Part shown: positions 9,890 through 19,800 of the stretch, piece after piece
Layout: each line of letters opens with the position of its first letter
How positions within the stretch are numbered: position 1 is the first letter of the stretch
From: Acidimicrobiia bacterium
GTDB lineage: Bacteria; Actinomycetota; Acidimicrobiia; Acidimicrobiales; CAIXPF01
Reading direction: 5' to 3'
NCBI GenBank assembly: GCA_947476745.1
Contig: CANJRG010000019.1
Coordinates: 1,556 to 65,555 of the forward strand
Length of the DNA stretch: 64,000 nt
The notes under the pieces: generated by a model
Database searches by the model: none
The model's input: the letters and a program-made list of their open reading frames with translations, nothing else
What the model was told of the DNA's origin: nothing
Made by a program: the position numbers and the translations under genes

Positions 9890-11611
9890 ATGGGTCATCC
9901 CGACGGTGGACAGGTCGAGTTGAGTCCCGGCGGTGGGCTTCGGCCCGCCGGCCGGCGGTCGGCACGGCTGCTGATGGTTGGGTTGGTGGCCGCCGGGGCG
10001 ATCCTGGTCCAGGCCGTGGTGGCCAACGGCCAGGAGTTGCCGACCCGTGAGCAACCGGCCGGAACGCTCGGGATGCGGGTGAGCGGCGGCAAGTTCAGCC
10101 GGGTCCGCTTCGACGCCGCCGAACGGTGGCTCGGCCGTCCGATCTCCTGGACGACGTTGTTCGCCGACCGGGCGTCGCCCACGGCGATGGTCGCCTCGGT
10201 CTGGGGGGAGATGGTCAACCCGGCCGGATCGCTGCCGGAGCTGGCGCGCCGTCTCGACGTGGTGATGACCGTTCCGTTGGCGTTTGGTACGGGCTCGTCT
10301 CGTGACGAGGCCGGCCGTGCGGCGATCCGGGCCAAGCTGCAGGAGACTGCGGCAGGCGCCTGGGACGACCAGTACCGCGTCGTGGCCCGCAACCTCGCGG
10401 TCGGTGGGTACGGCGATGCGGTGATCCGACTCGGTCACGAGATGACCGGACCGTTCTACCCCTGGTCATCCCAGGGCAATGCCGATGCGTACATCGCGGC
10501 GTTCCGGCACGTGCACGACGTGATGGCCGCAGTCGGGCCGCAGCTGCGTTTCGAGTGGAACGCCGCCCGCAACACCTTCGCCGAGTTCGGGCCGCCGTCC
10601 TATCCCGGTGACGCCTATGTGGACGTGATCGGCCTCGACGCCTATTACAACCCGTTGAAGGGCGACCCGGTGCCGCTCTCCGAGGACGTGTGGAACCGTC
10701 GGTATCTGAAGGTGCTCAACGCCCACCTGACCTTCGCCCAGGAGCACGGCAAGCCGGTGAGCTACGCCGAATGGGCCATCGGCGGCGTCGACGACCCGAC
10801 CTACGTCCAGCGGATGCGCGGCTGGTTCGCCGGCCTGCCCGCCGCCGGACCCGGCCGCCTGCTCTACCAGTCGTACTGGAACGTGACCAAGGACCACTAC
10901 GACCTGGCGCAGTTGCCCCGCAACGCCATGGCGTTCCGGGCGGCCTTCGGTGCGGCCAGGCCGTCGGGTCCTCAGGATATCTTCGCCGTCGAGGACGACG
11001 CAGGCAGCCCCGCCGGGACCCGGCCGCCGCCGACGTGGACGTCCTCCCCGGTCTCCACCGTGCCTCCTGGAACCACCGTGCCTCCTGGAACCACCGTGCC
11101 TCCTGGAACCACCGTGCCGCCAGCGACCACGACGTTCGCCGGGGGAGCGGGTCCCCGCATCCTGCTCGACGACGAGGTGAGCCACAGCACCGAGCGGACC
11201 GTGGAGATCCCTCTGGCGGATCCGATCGAGTGGACCGGGCCGGCGTCGCTGCGCAGTGCCTCCTTCCGGGTTGGTGCCGACGTGACCGAACGACGCTACG
11301 ACGGTCCGGTCGACCTGCAGATCTGCTTCTGGCAGGACGACCGTGCGGCCCAGGCGTGCGCCCGGCCGGTCCGACTCGAGGGTGCCGTCACCCAAGCCGA
11401 TCTGGCCCCGACCAGCGACTGGTGGACCGGCGACGGCTGGCAATGGGACCGGCCTGCGGAGACCATCCGGGTGCTGTTCAAGGACCCCGAGACGGGCACG
11501 TTGCTGAACGAGCAACTGTGTGGTTCGGTGTGCTTCAGCCGTGGGGACCTGCCGGCAGGGGTCCTGCTGAGCGCCCGTGTCTGGGTGGTGGCCACCCCGG
11601 CTGCCGGCTGA
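9890..11611 (+). CDS. Secreted glycoside hydrolase, clan GH-A, GH26-like (mannanase-type), with a Pro/Thr linker and an unknown C-terminal beta-domain
   Basis: It has a signal-like N-terminus. RLGHEMTGPFYPW is a candidate acid/base Glu motif and PVSYAEWA a candidate nucleophile Glu motif. The linker reads TVPPGTTVPPGTTVPPGTTVPPATTT. Confidence 0.6.
   Translation: MGHPDGGQVELSPGGGLRPAGRRSARLLMVGLVAAGAILVQAVVANGQELPTREQPAGTLGMRVSGGKFSRVRFDAAERWLGRPISWTTLFADRASPTAMVASVWGEMVNPAGSLPELARRLDVVMTVPLAFGTGSSRDEAGRAAIRAKLQETAAGAWDDQYRVVARNLAVGGYGDAVIRLGHEMTGPFYPWSSQGNADAYIAAFRHVHDVMAAVGPQLRFEWNAARNTFAEFGPPSYPGDAYVDVIGLDAYYNPLKGDPVPLSEDVWNRRYLKVLNAHLTFAQEHGKPVSYAEWAIGGVDDPTYVQRMRGWFAGLPAAGPGRLLYQSYWNVTKDHYDLAQLPRNAMAFRAAFGAARPSGPQDIFAVEDDAGSPAGTRPPPTWTSSPVSTVPPGTTVPPGTTVPPGTTVPPATTTFAGGAGPRILLDDEVSHSTERTVEIPLADPIEWTGPASLRSASFRVGADVTERRYDGPVDLQICFWQDDRAAQACARPVRLEGAVTQADLAPTSDWWTGDGWQWDRPAETIRVLFKDPETGTLLNEQLCGSVCFSRGDLPAGVLLSARVWVVATPAAG
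11057..11128 (+). repeat. 18-nt in-frame tandem repeat (ACCGTGCCTCCTGGAACC x3 plus one degenerate copy) encoding the (TVPPGT)n linker
   Basis: Three perfect consecutive copies were read directly from the sequence. Confidence 0.9.
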
Positions 11612-11700
11612 GGACGCGCACCGAACCGTCGCGGCCTTGCTAACGTCCGCAGTGGGTCAAACGTCCTGCTCGTGTCAGCGAGACCGGGCGGCGTTCGGCG

Positions 11701-14700
11701 GTGATGCAGGCGGGCGGGCAGGCGATGCGGGAGCGGACTCGCGCAGGGAAGGCGCGCGGCGGCGCGGTCCGGCGGTGGAGTGTTCGGGGTTCGGCGCTCG
11801 TCGTCGTCCTCGCTCTTGCCGTGGTGACCACGGCCACCGTGCTGGGTTCCCGTGCGGTCGAGGCGGCCAGCGGCCCGGCGACCCTCGGGATGCGCACTGC
11901 CGGCGGTCTGCCCACGGCGGAGCGCTTCGCTGCCGCCGAGGCCTGGTTGCGCCGTCCGCTCGCATGGACCGTGGTCATGACCGACCGGGACAGCCCGTCG
12001 GCCATGCGCAGCTCCACCTGGGCGCAGCTCGGACGGTCCGATGCAGTGCTGCCACGCCTGGCGGACCGGCTCGACCTCGACCTGACCGTTCCGCTGGCCT
12101 TCGGCACCGGCTCGGCCCGCGACAGCGACGGCCGGGCGGCGATCCGCGAGAACTTGCTCGAGACCGCGTCCGGACGTTGGGACGCCGATTACGCCTTCGT
12201 GGCCGACATGCTCGCCGCCTCCGGCTATGGCGATGGTGTCGTCCGTCTCGGTCACGAGATGACCGGCCCGTTCTACCCGTGGTCGGCCCAGGGCAATGGT
12301 GACGCCTACATCGCGGCGTTCCAGCACGTGCGCGACGTGATGCGGGCCGAGGCCCCGGGTCTGCGCTTCGAGTGGAATGCCGCCCGGAACACCTTCATCG
12401 CCCACGGGCCCTCCGCCTATCCCGGCGACGACTACGTCGACGTGATCGGGCTCGACGTCTACTACGAGCCGACCAAGGGCGACCCGGTCCCGCTCGACGA
12501 CACGGCGTGGGCCCGGCGGTACCAGCCGGTGCTGCAGGCCCACCTCGACTTCGCGGTGATGCACGGCAAGCCGGTCAGCTACGCCGAGTGGGCCAGCGGC
12601 GATGTCGACGATCCGCGTTTCATCGAGCGGATGCACCAGTGGTTCTCCGCACTGCCCGCCGTCGGGCCGGGCCGGCTGCTGTACCAGTCCTACTTCAACG
12701 TCACCCGCTCGACCTACGACCTGGCGGGCTATCCCCGCTCGGCCTGGGCCTACCAGCGCCTTTTCGGGGTGGTCGCCGACGGCACGCCGATGTACACCGG
12801 CGCCGGGTCCGACGAGGTGCTGCACCTGTATCGCAGCGGTACCGAGATCGGGACGATGACCCTGGCGACGGTGAGTTCCGCCGGAGACACCGTGGTCCGT
12901 CCCCGTGCCGCCGGGGTTGCCGACGGGCCGCAACCTGCCGGGTTCCGTCTGGGTAGGGCCGAGCCGGTCCTGCTCGACTTGAGCACCACGGCGACGTACT
13001 CCGGTCCGATCTCGGTGTGCCTGCGCTTCGCCCCCGAGGGGTTCGACCCTGCACAGACCCCGCAGATGCTGGCCGCCGACGCCACGACCGGAACCGGGGC
13101 GTGGGAGAACGTGACCCGTGCGCTCGACCGCGCCAGCGGCGTGGTGTGTGGTGCGCCGCCGAGCGTGGCGACGCTGGCGATCGGGACCGGCTTCGACACC
13201 GCCCCGGACGCCGCCGGCGTGGCCGCGTCGCTGGGCGAGGACACCGCAACCGAACTGACCCTCCGGGCGACCGACCGCGACGGCGACGACCTCGTCTTCG
13301 AGGTCGGCGATGCCGCCTCGGGCGCGGTCGGGGTGCCCTCGCCGCCGACCTGCAGCGGCACCTATCCCCGGGTGTGCACCGCCACCGTGGCGTACCGGCC
13401 CGACGCCGACTTCTTCGGTGCCGACGGGTTCGCGGTGCGGGCCGGTGACGGCCGGAACTGGTCGAACGCGGCCCGGGTGTCGCTGCAGGTGGAGGCGAGC
13501 CCCGACCTGCCCCGGGCGATCGCCGGCGAGGTGCACACCATGGAGGACCGCGTCGCGGTGCTCACCCTGACCGGACGCGACCCTGACGGGGGGACCATGG
13601 CCATCGAGCTCGTGGATGGCCCGCAGCATGGATCGGTGGGGCTTGCCGGAGCGCCGTCGTGCCAGACGGTGCTCGCCAGGACCTGCACCGCCGAGGTGCG
13701 CTACGTCCCGGCCGAGGACTGGTCGGGGACCGACGCGTTCAGCTGGGTCGCGCGCACGGCGGCCGGTGCGGTGACCGCGGCCGTCCCGGTGTTCGTCGAG
13801 CCGGTCAACGACGCGCCGAGCTGTGCTGCGCTGACCCTCGGCACCCCCGAGGACGGCGTGGGGGAGGTGCCGCTGCAGTGTGCTGACGTCGACGGCGATC
13901 CGCTGGGCTACCGGCTGGTGACGGAAGCCGGGCGCGGGTCACCGGAGATCGCCGGGTCGCAGCTGAGCTATCGGCCGCAGCCCGACTTCCACGGTGCCGA
14001 TACCTTCGCCTACGCGGCCTTCGACGGGCTCGACAGCTCGTTGCCGGCCACCGTGGGGGTCACCGTCGCCCCGGTGCAGGACGTCCCGCAGGCCGACGAT
14101 GTCCGGGCCACGGTCGTGGAGGACGTCGCGGGCCCCGTGGTGCTCGGAGGCACCGACGCCGACGGTGAGGCACTCGCCTTCGAGATCACCTCGCCGCCGA
14201 CCCACGGTACGCTCGACCCGGTCGGCGTGCCGGGTTGCAGCGGTGCCGGCCCGAGCGTGTGCCGGGCGTCGGTCCTCTACCGGCCGGAGGTGGGCTACGA
14301 CGGGGTCGACGCCTTCCGCTACCGGGTGAGCGACGGGATCGGCATGTCGGAGGAGCGCACGGCGGCGATCGAGGTCACCGCAGTGCTCGACCCGACGACG
14401 GTCACGGCGGTGGTGCCGGCGGTCGATGCCGACGGCAACGGGTTCAGCACCGTCTCGGCCGCGCTGGTTTCGGCCGATCCCACGTGCATCGCCGGCCAGC
14501 CGCTGCAGGTCGAGGCGTCCACCGACGGCAGCACCTGGACCGCGGTCGCCTCCGCCCGTACCGGCGCCGAAGGCCGGGCCGTGGCCGAGGTCGCGTTCGC
14601 ACCCGGGGTGTTCGAGGTGCGGGTGCGTTTTCCGGGCAACGCCGGCTGCGCGGCGAGCCTCGACCGGTCCTCGCCGCTCGCCGTCGGCGTGCCGGGTGAC

Positions 14701-15195
14701 CGCGTACTCGGCGGCGGCTGGTACCGGTCGCCCTTGTCGCCTGTCGTGCGTACCGGTTTCGCGGTCGCTGTGCCGGGTCTGTCCGGCCTGCCGACTCCGG
14801 TGAGGGCGACCGCTACAGACCTCAGCTCGCCCGGCGCGCTGCTGTGGATCCAGCCGGGCGCTCTCCGCCTGCGTAGTACGTCGATCGATGCGGTCCGCCC
14901 GGCGCGGTCGTGCAACACCGTGCGTTATCGCCGCTGCAGCGTGATCACCGGCAAGGCGCTGGTCTCCCGATGGCGGCCCGACGCAGCGGCACCGGACGGC
15001 GGCATGTGGTCGGCGGCCACCGACGTGGCCTTCACCGTCACCGTCGGCGACGGTGGTAGCGGCTCGAGCTGCACCGGGGCCGTCTGTTCTACGGTGGACC
15101 GCCCGGACGGCTTCGCGGCGAGCGTGTCGCCCAAGCTGTTCAGCGGCCAGGGCACACCGGTACCGCTGCTCAGCGGATCGTTGTCGCTCGGCTGA
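11701..15195 (+). CDS. Secreted GH26-like hydrolase paralog fused to about four cadherin-like tandem-95-type repeats and a C-terminal beta-rich region
   Basis: The N-terminal domain is collinear with the 9890 gene (RLGHEMTGPFYPWSAQGNGDAYIAAFQHV, PVSYAEWA). Repeats at about 13195-14385 show the VNDAP / D.DGD / Y.P..DF.G.D.F.Y pattern. Alternative starts are at 11704 and 11725. Confidence 0.65.
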   Translation: MMQAGGQAMRERTRAGKARGGAVRRWSVRGSALVVVLALAVVTTATVLGSRAVEAASGPATLGMRTAGGLPTAERFAAAEAWLRRPLAWTVVMTDRDSPSAMRSSTWAQLGRSDAVLPRLADRLDLDLTVPLAFGTGSARDSDGRAAIRENLLETASGRWDADYAFVADMLAASGYGDGVVRLGHEMTGPFYPWSAQGNGDAYIAAFQHVRDVMRAEAPGLRFEWNAARNTFIAHGPSAYPGDDYVDVIGLDVYYEPTKGDPVPLDDTAWARRYQPVLQAHLDFAVMHGKPVSYAEWASGDVDDPRFIERMHQWFSALPAVGPGRLLYQSYFNVTRSTYDLAGYPRSAWAYQRLFGVVADGTPMYTGAGSDEVLHLYRSGTEIGTMTLATVSSAGDTVVRPRAAGVADGPQPAGFRLGRAEPVLLDLSTTATYSGPISVCLRFAPEGFDPAQTPQMLAADATTGTGAWENVTRALDRASGVVCGAPPSVATLAIGTGFDTAPDAAGVAASLGEDTATELTLRATDRDGDDLVFEVGDAASGAVGVPSPPTCSGTYPRVCTATVAYRPDADFFGADGFAVRAGDGRNWSNAARVSLQVEASPDLPRAIAGEVHTMEDRVAVLTLTGRDPDGGTMAIELVDGPQHGSVGLAGAPSCQTVLARTCTAEVRYVPAEDWSGTDAFSWVARTAAGAVTAAVPVFVEPVNDAPSCAALTLGTPEDGVGEVPLQCADVDGDPLGYRLVTEAGRGSPEIAGSQLSYRPQPDFHGADTFAYAAFDGLDSSLPATVGVTVAPVQDVPQADDVRATVVEDVAGPVVLGGTDADGEALAFEITSPPTHGTLDPVGVPGCSGAGPSVCRASVLYRPEVGYDGVDAFRYRVSDGIGMSEERTAAIEVTAVLDPTTVTAVVPAVDADGNGFSTVSAALVSADPTCIAGQPLQVEASTDGSTWTAVASARTGAEGRAVAEVAFAPGVFEVRVRFPGNAGCAASLDRSSPLAVGVPGDRVLGGGWYRSPLSPVVRTGFAVAVPGLSGLPTPVRATATDLSSPGALLWIQPGALRLRSTSIDAVRPARSCNTVRYRRCSVITGKALVSRWRPDAAAPDGGMWSAATDVAFTVTVGDGGSGSSCTGAVCSTVDRPDGFAASVSPKLFSGQGTPVPLLSGSLSLG

Positions 15196-15407
15196 TCCGG
15201 CTGGTCAGCCTCGACAGGACGGGTGCGGCAGAGCCGTTCGACACGGGCTTGGGAGAAATGGACCCTACCGCTGCGGCGGGTCGATCCTTACGGTGGTCAC
15301 ACCCGCTCATGTCGCGGTGGGTTTCGGGTCCGATCGGACGAAACCGTCGGATGCGCTAACGGTCGGTGTCCGATCGGCCGAAATACTCCGTAGGAGGAAC
15401 GAACACG

Positions 15408-16385
15408 ATGCGAGTTCTTGTTGCAGGCGGTGGCGGTTTCATCGGTGGGCATCTGGTCCGCCGGCTCTTGGACGAGGGCCACTCGGTCCGTGCCGTCGAC
15501 CTCAAGCCGATGGACGAGTGGTGGCAGGTCCACCCCGGTGCCGAGAGCCTCGACCGGTTCGACCTGCGCCGACTCGGCCCGTGTGAGGCTGCAGTCGACG
15601 GCGTCGACCACGTGTACAACCTCGCGGCCGACATGGGCGGCATGGGGTTCATCGAGAACAACAAGGCCGCCTGCATGCTCAGCGTGATGATCAACACGCA
15701 CCTGCTCGAGACCTCGTTGGCCGCGAACGTGCAGCGGTTCTTCTACGCCAGCTCGGCCTGCGTGTACGCCGCCGAGCACCAGACCGATCCCAACGTCACC
15801 GCGCTGCGCGAGCAGGACGCCTACCCGGCCCAACCGGAGGACGGCTACGGCTGGGAGAAGCTGTTCTCCGAGCGGATGTGCCGCCACTTCCGTGAGGACT
15901 TCGGCCTCGAGACCCGGGTGGCCCGTTACCACAACGTGTACGGCCCCATCGGCACCTGGAAGGGTGGTCGCGAGAAGGCGCCGGCAGCGATCTGCCGCAA
16001 GATCGCCACGGCCGAGCTGACCGGCGACACCGTGATCGACGTGTGGGGCGACGGGCACCAGACCCGCAGCTTCATGTTCGTCGACGACTGTGTCGAGGGC
16101 ACTCGCCGCTTGCTCGACTCCGACATCATCGAGCCGCTCAACATCGGCTCGTCCGAGCTGGTCTCCATCAACCAACTGGTCGACCTGGTGGCCGACATTG
16201 CCGGCATCAGCGTGACCCGCCGCCACGACCTCAGCGCCCCGCAGGGTGTGCGTGGTCGAAACAGCGACAACACCCTGATCCTGGAGAAGATGGGCTGGGA
16301 GCCCTCGATCAAGCTGCGCGACGGCTTGACCCGCACCTACGACTGGGTTCGTGCCCAGGTCCGGGCGGAGCTGGCCCGGGGCTGA
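15408..16385 (+). CDS. gme: GDP-mannose 3,5-epimerase (SDR family)
   Basis: AGGAGGA lies upstream of the ATG at 15408. Rossmann motif GGGGFIGGHL is present. Long collinear matches to plant/bacterial GME as I recall it: YHNVYGPIGTWKGGREKAPAAICRK, WGDGHQTRSFMFVDDCVEG, GVRGRNSDN. Confidence 0.8.
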   Translation: MRVLVAGGGGFIGGHLVRRLLDEGHSVRAVDLKPMDEWWQVHPGAESLDRFDLRRLGPCEAAVDGVDHVYNLAADMGGMGFIENNKAACMLSVMINTHLLETSLAANVQRFFYASSACVYAAEHQTDPNVTALREQDAYPAQPEDGYGWEKLFSERMCRHFREDFGLETRVARYHNVYGPIGTWKGGREKAPAAICRKIATAELTGDTVIDVWGDGHQTRSFMFVDDCVEGTRRLLDSDIIEPLNIGSSELVSINQLVDLVADIAGISVTRRHDLSAPQGVRGRNSDNTLILEKMGWEPSIKLRDGLTRTYDWVRAQVRAELARG

Positions 16386-16431
16386 CCCCGCCGGCGCGTG
16401 GCGCGCCGTCGAGTCCAAGCGCTTCTGACTG

Positions 16432-16469
16432 CAGCCCGCCGGTTCTCCGGCGGGCTGTGTTCTGTTTCC
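16432..16469 (+). terminator. Rho-independent terminator after gme
   Basis: An 11-bp GC stem (CAGCCCGCCGG / CCGGCGGGCTG) with loop TTCT is followed by the T-rich TGTTCTGTTTCC. Confidence 0.6.
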
Positions 16470-16867
16470 GGTCCGTAACAATCCGTCGGCGCGGATCGGC
16501 GTCGGCTACCGGCAGCCACGTTCGCGACGTCGCAACCCGGCCGCCTACAGCCTGATCCGCACGGTTCGTGTGGGGGACACCGCGTGTCGTGGTGGATCGT
16601 CCGCCCCGCGTGACGGCTGCACCGGTGCTGCCCGTCGCCGATCGTTACACCTCGTCATCTGACCCGATTCTGGTCTTTCGGCCCGACCGAGTTGGCGTTA
16701 GCTGGTCGATATACTTCGGGGCAACTTCAGCCCGGCGCGGCGAAACCGGCGGGCGTTGACGTTCGGTGTGCGGGCACCAGTGGGTCGGTTTCCCTGTATC
16801 GACGGATGAACCCGTCGTGGAGGATGGATCCGGTTCAACGGCGGGACAGCGATAAGGCGGACAGTTC

Positions 16868-19800
16868 ATGGCGACATTTGCGGCCAGACGGTCGGCGCTC
16901 GTGCGTCACCTGGGCATGGCGGGTCTGGTCCTCGCGGTGCTCAGCCTGTCGCTGATCACCGCAGCGGTGAAGAGCGAGCCGGCCGGTGCGGGCATCTTCT
17001 TCAACGATGTCGAGTACACCTACAAGGAGTACTGGGCCAGCCACGCCACCTTCACCGCCGGCTGCGGCGAACACGCGGTGTCCGGCAGCAGCTGGTACGT
17101 CGAGCCGCTGAACTGCGCCAAGTCGATCACCCTCAACATCCCCGACAACGTGCAGGGCGCCATCGCCGCGGTGCTCTACGTCGACCTGTGGCGTAACGGG
17201 ACCGCCCGCTCGGCCCGCCTCAACATCAACAACGGTCCGGAGATCCGCCCCGAGCGGGGCAGCCAGAACAGCCGTGACCCGTACACCACGCCGATCCCGT
17301 TGACGCAGCTCCGGCAGGGGACGAACACGATCAGCCTGCAGGAGACCACCGGCGCCTACCACCTTCACGACCTGATGGTCCGGGTGTACTACAGCCCCAC
17401 GCAGCCGCTCATCGCCGGGCCGGGCAGCGACGTCACCCCGCCGAGCGGTTCGCTCGATCTCATCAGCGCCGGCGGAACCAACCGCACCCCGGCGGAGGGC
17501 GGGACCCTCAACGTCGACAACAACCAGATCACGCTGTCCGCCGGCGCCAACGATGCCGCCTACGTCGAGTTCCACGGCTACTACGACGGCTTCGACGAGG
17601 ACAACGACGGCCAGACGCTCGACTGGCACAACTTCACCCGCAACAACTGGGGCCCGGGCGGAACGCTGGCCAAGGCGACCGGCGCCACCATCGGCCACAT
17701 CGGCACCGACAGCGTCGCCCCCTACCAGGTGACGTGGAACCTCCCCGAGGTCAAGAACCAGTCCGGGGTGAAGTTCAAGGTGCGCATCGTCGACAACGCC
17801 GGCAACGTGCGGGAGGCCCCGGGCGGTGTCTCGGCCCCGTTCACGCTCGCCAGATCCTACCTGGTGGAGAACTACACGATCCCGAACTTCGACGATGCCG
17901 GCATGTTCTTCAACGGCACGGCGCCGCAGCTCGCGACGCGATCCATCACGTTGCCGTCCGATCTCAGCAACGTCAGCCGGGCGTACCTCCTGGGCAACTT
18001 CTGGGAGAACCCGGGCATCTCGCTCAACGACAACACCTACTTCCGGGCCTTCACCAACGCCGAGGACACCTGGCAGACCTCGAAGCGCGAGCTCGCCGTC
18101 AACCAGTTGAAGCCCGGGGTCAACACCATCCGGTACAGCTTCGTGCCGCCGGGGTTCGGCCAGCTCATCGAGAAGCCCGGCCCGATGGTGGTCATCCACC
18201 GCACCGCGCCGGCCGGCTCGCCGGCCATCACCACCCAGCCGGTGGCGACGGTGGTCAGCCAGGGCCGTCAGGCGACCTTCACGGCCACTGCGTCGGGAGC
18301 GCCCGATCTTGCCTACCAGTGGCGCAAGAACGAGGTGGCGATCCCCGGGGCCACCGACCTCTCGTTCACGACCCCACCATTGCAGCCCGCCGACAGCGGC
18401 AGCGCCTACAGCGTGGTGGTGACCAACGGGCAGGGTTCGGCGACCAGCAGCTCGGCCAAGGCGACCGTGCTGCGGACCGGTGTGGCCACCGGAGCGTGGT
18501 GGAACGCCGGCTGGGATTTCCGGGTGCCGGTGACGGTCTCGCCCGGTGACACCGCCCGGACCAACAAGATGGTCGAGGTGCTGCTCAACTTCACCGAGTT
18601 GATGCGCACCGCCGGGAGCGGCGGGCCGAGCTTCGACCCCAACTCGGTGCGGGTGGTCGAGGTCGACGGGTCGGGCAACGTCATCGACGCCGGCGTGGCC
18701 CGCCAGGTCGATCCGGCCGAGGGCTACAACGCGGCGACCAACGCCAAGGCCAACGTCATCTTCCTGATGACCGGTACGACGAACCCCGAGACGTCGCGGA
18801 CCTACCACATCTACTTCGACAAGACGAGCAAGAACATCCCCGCCCCGACAGTGGCGCCGCTCGTCACGGTGACCGACAACGTGGTCGACCGGGGATTCCC
18901 GGCCTACCAGTTCAACGGCCAGGGATCGACCTGGGTCTACCACAAGGAGGGCGGCGGCTTCGCCAAGCTGCTCGACGCCCAGGGGATCGACTGGATCGAC
19001 TGGACGTCGGCGACCGGTGCCGCCGGTGACTACCGCGGGGTGCCCAATGCCGTCATGCCCGGCAACGGCGGGTTCTTCCACCCCGGGCGTGCCGGCGCCG
19101 GCACCTCGAAGATCGTGTCGAGCGGCCCGCTGAAGATCACCATCGAGACCGAGAGCTCCGACAAGCTCTGGGTCGCCCGCTGGGAGGTCTACCCGACCTA
19201 CGCCACCTTCAGCATGGTGCGGGCGGCCAAGCTCTTCTGGTTCCTCTACGAGGCCGTACCCGGCGGTACGTTGGACTTCAACGGCAACGACGTCGTGGTC
19301 CGTTCCGACGGCGTGTCGGTGAACATGGCCGGGAGCTGGCACACCGACCTCCCGGGCCAGGAGTGGGCCTACGTCGGCGACAAGGCCAAGGGCCGTTCCT
19401 TCTACGTGGCGCATCACCAGGACGAGGGCTCGGTCGAGTCGTACTGGCTGCTCCAGAACCAGATGCCGGTCCTCGGCTTCGGCCGCGGTGGCAACGCCCT
19501 GAACGAGTCCTTCCTCGATCCGACGGTCAATGGCCAGCCGCAGACCTTCACGGTGGGCCTGGTCGACTCGACCGACTTCTCGGTCGCCGGCAACGGCATC
19601 CGGGCGGCGTACCGGCCACTCGTGCTGCAGACCGGTGGCGCCGAGTTCAACGGGGTGTTCACCGGGCTGCGCAGTGACGACTTCTCCAGCGGCTCGCTGA
19701 ACCCGATGTGGACAATCTACGACCCCGTCGGTGACACCGCCGTCAGCACGACCGGCACCGACGTGCAGCTGGCCATTCCCGGCGTTGGTACCCACGATCT

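Noticed and set aside
16386-16867. c-di-GMP or c-di-AMP (ydaO-type) riboswitch upstream of the giant secreted protein
   Set aside because: I could not find the conserved core sequences or pairing pattern of GEMM-I/II or ydaO by eye. The region is kept only as an unexplained long leader.
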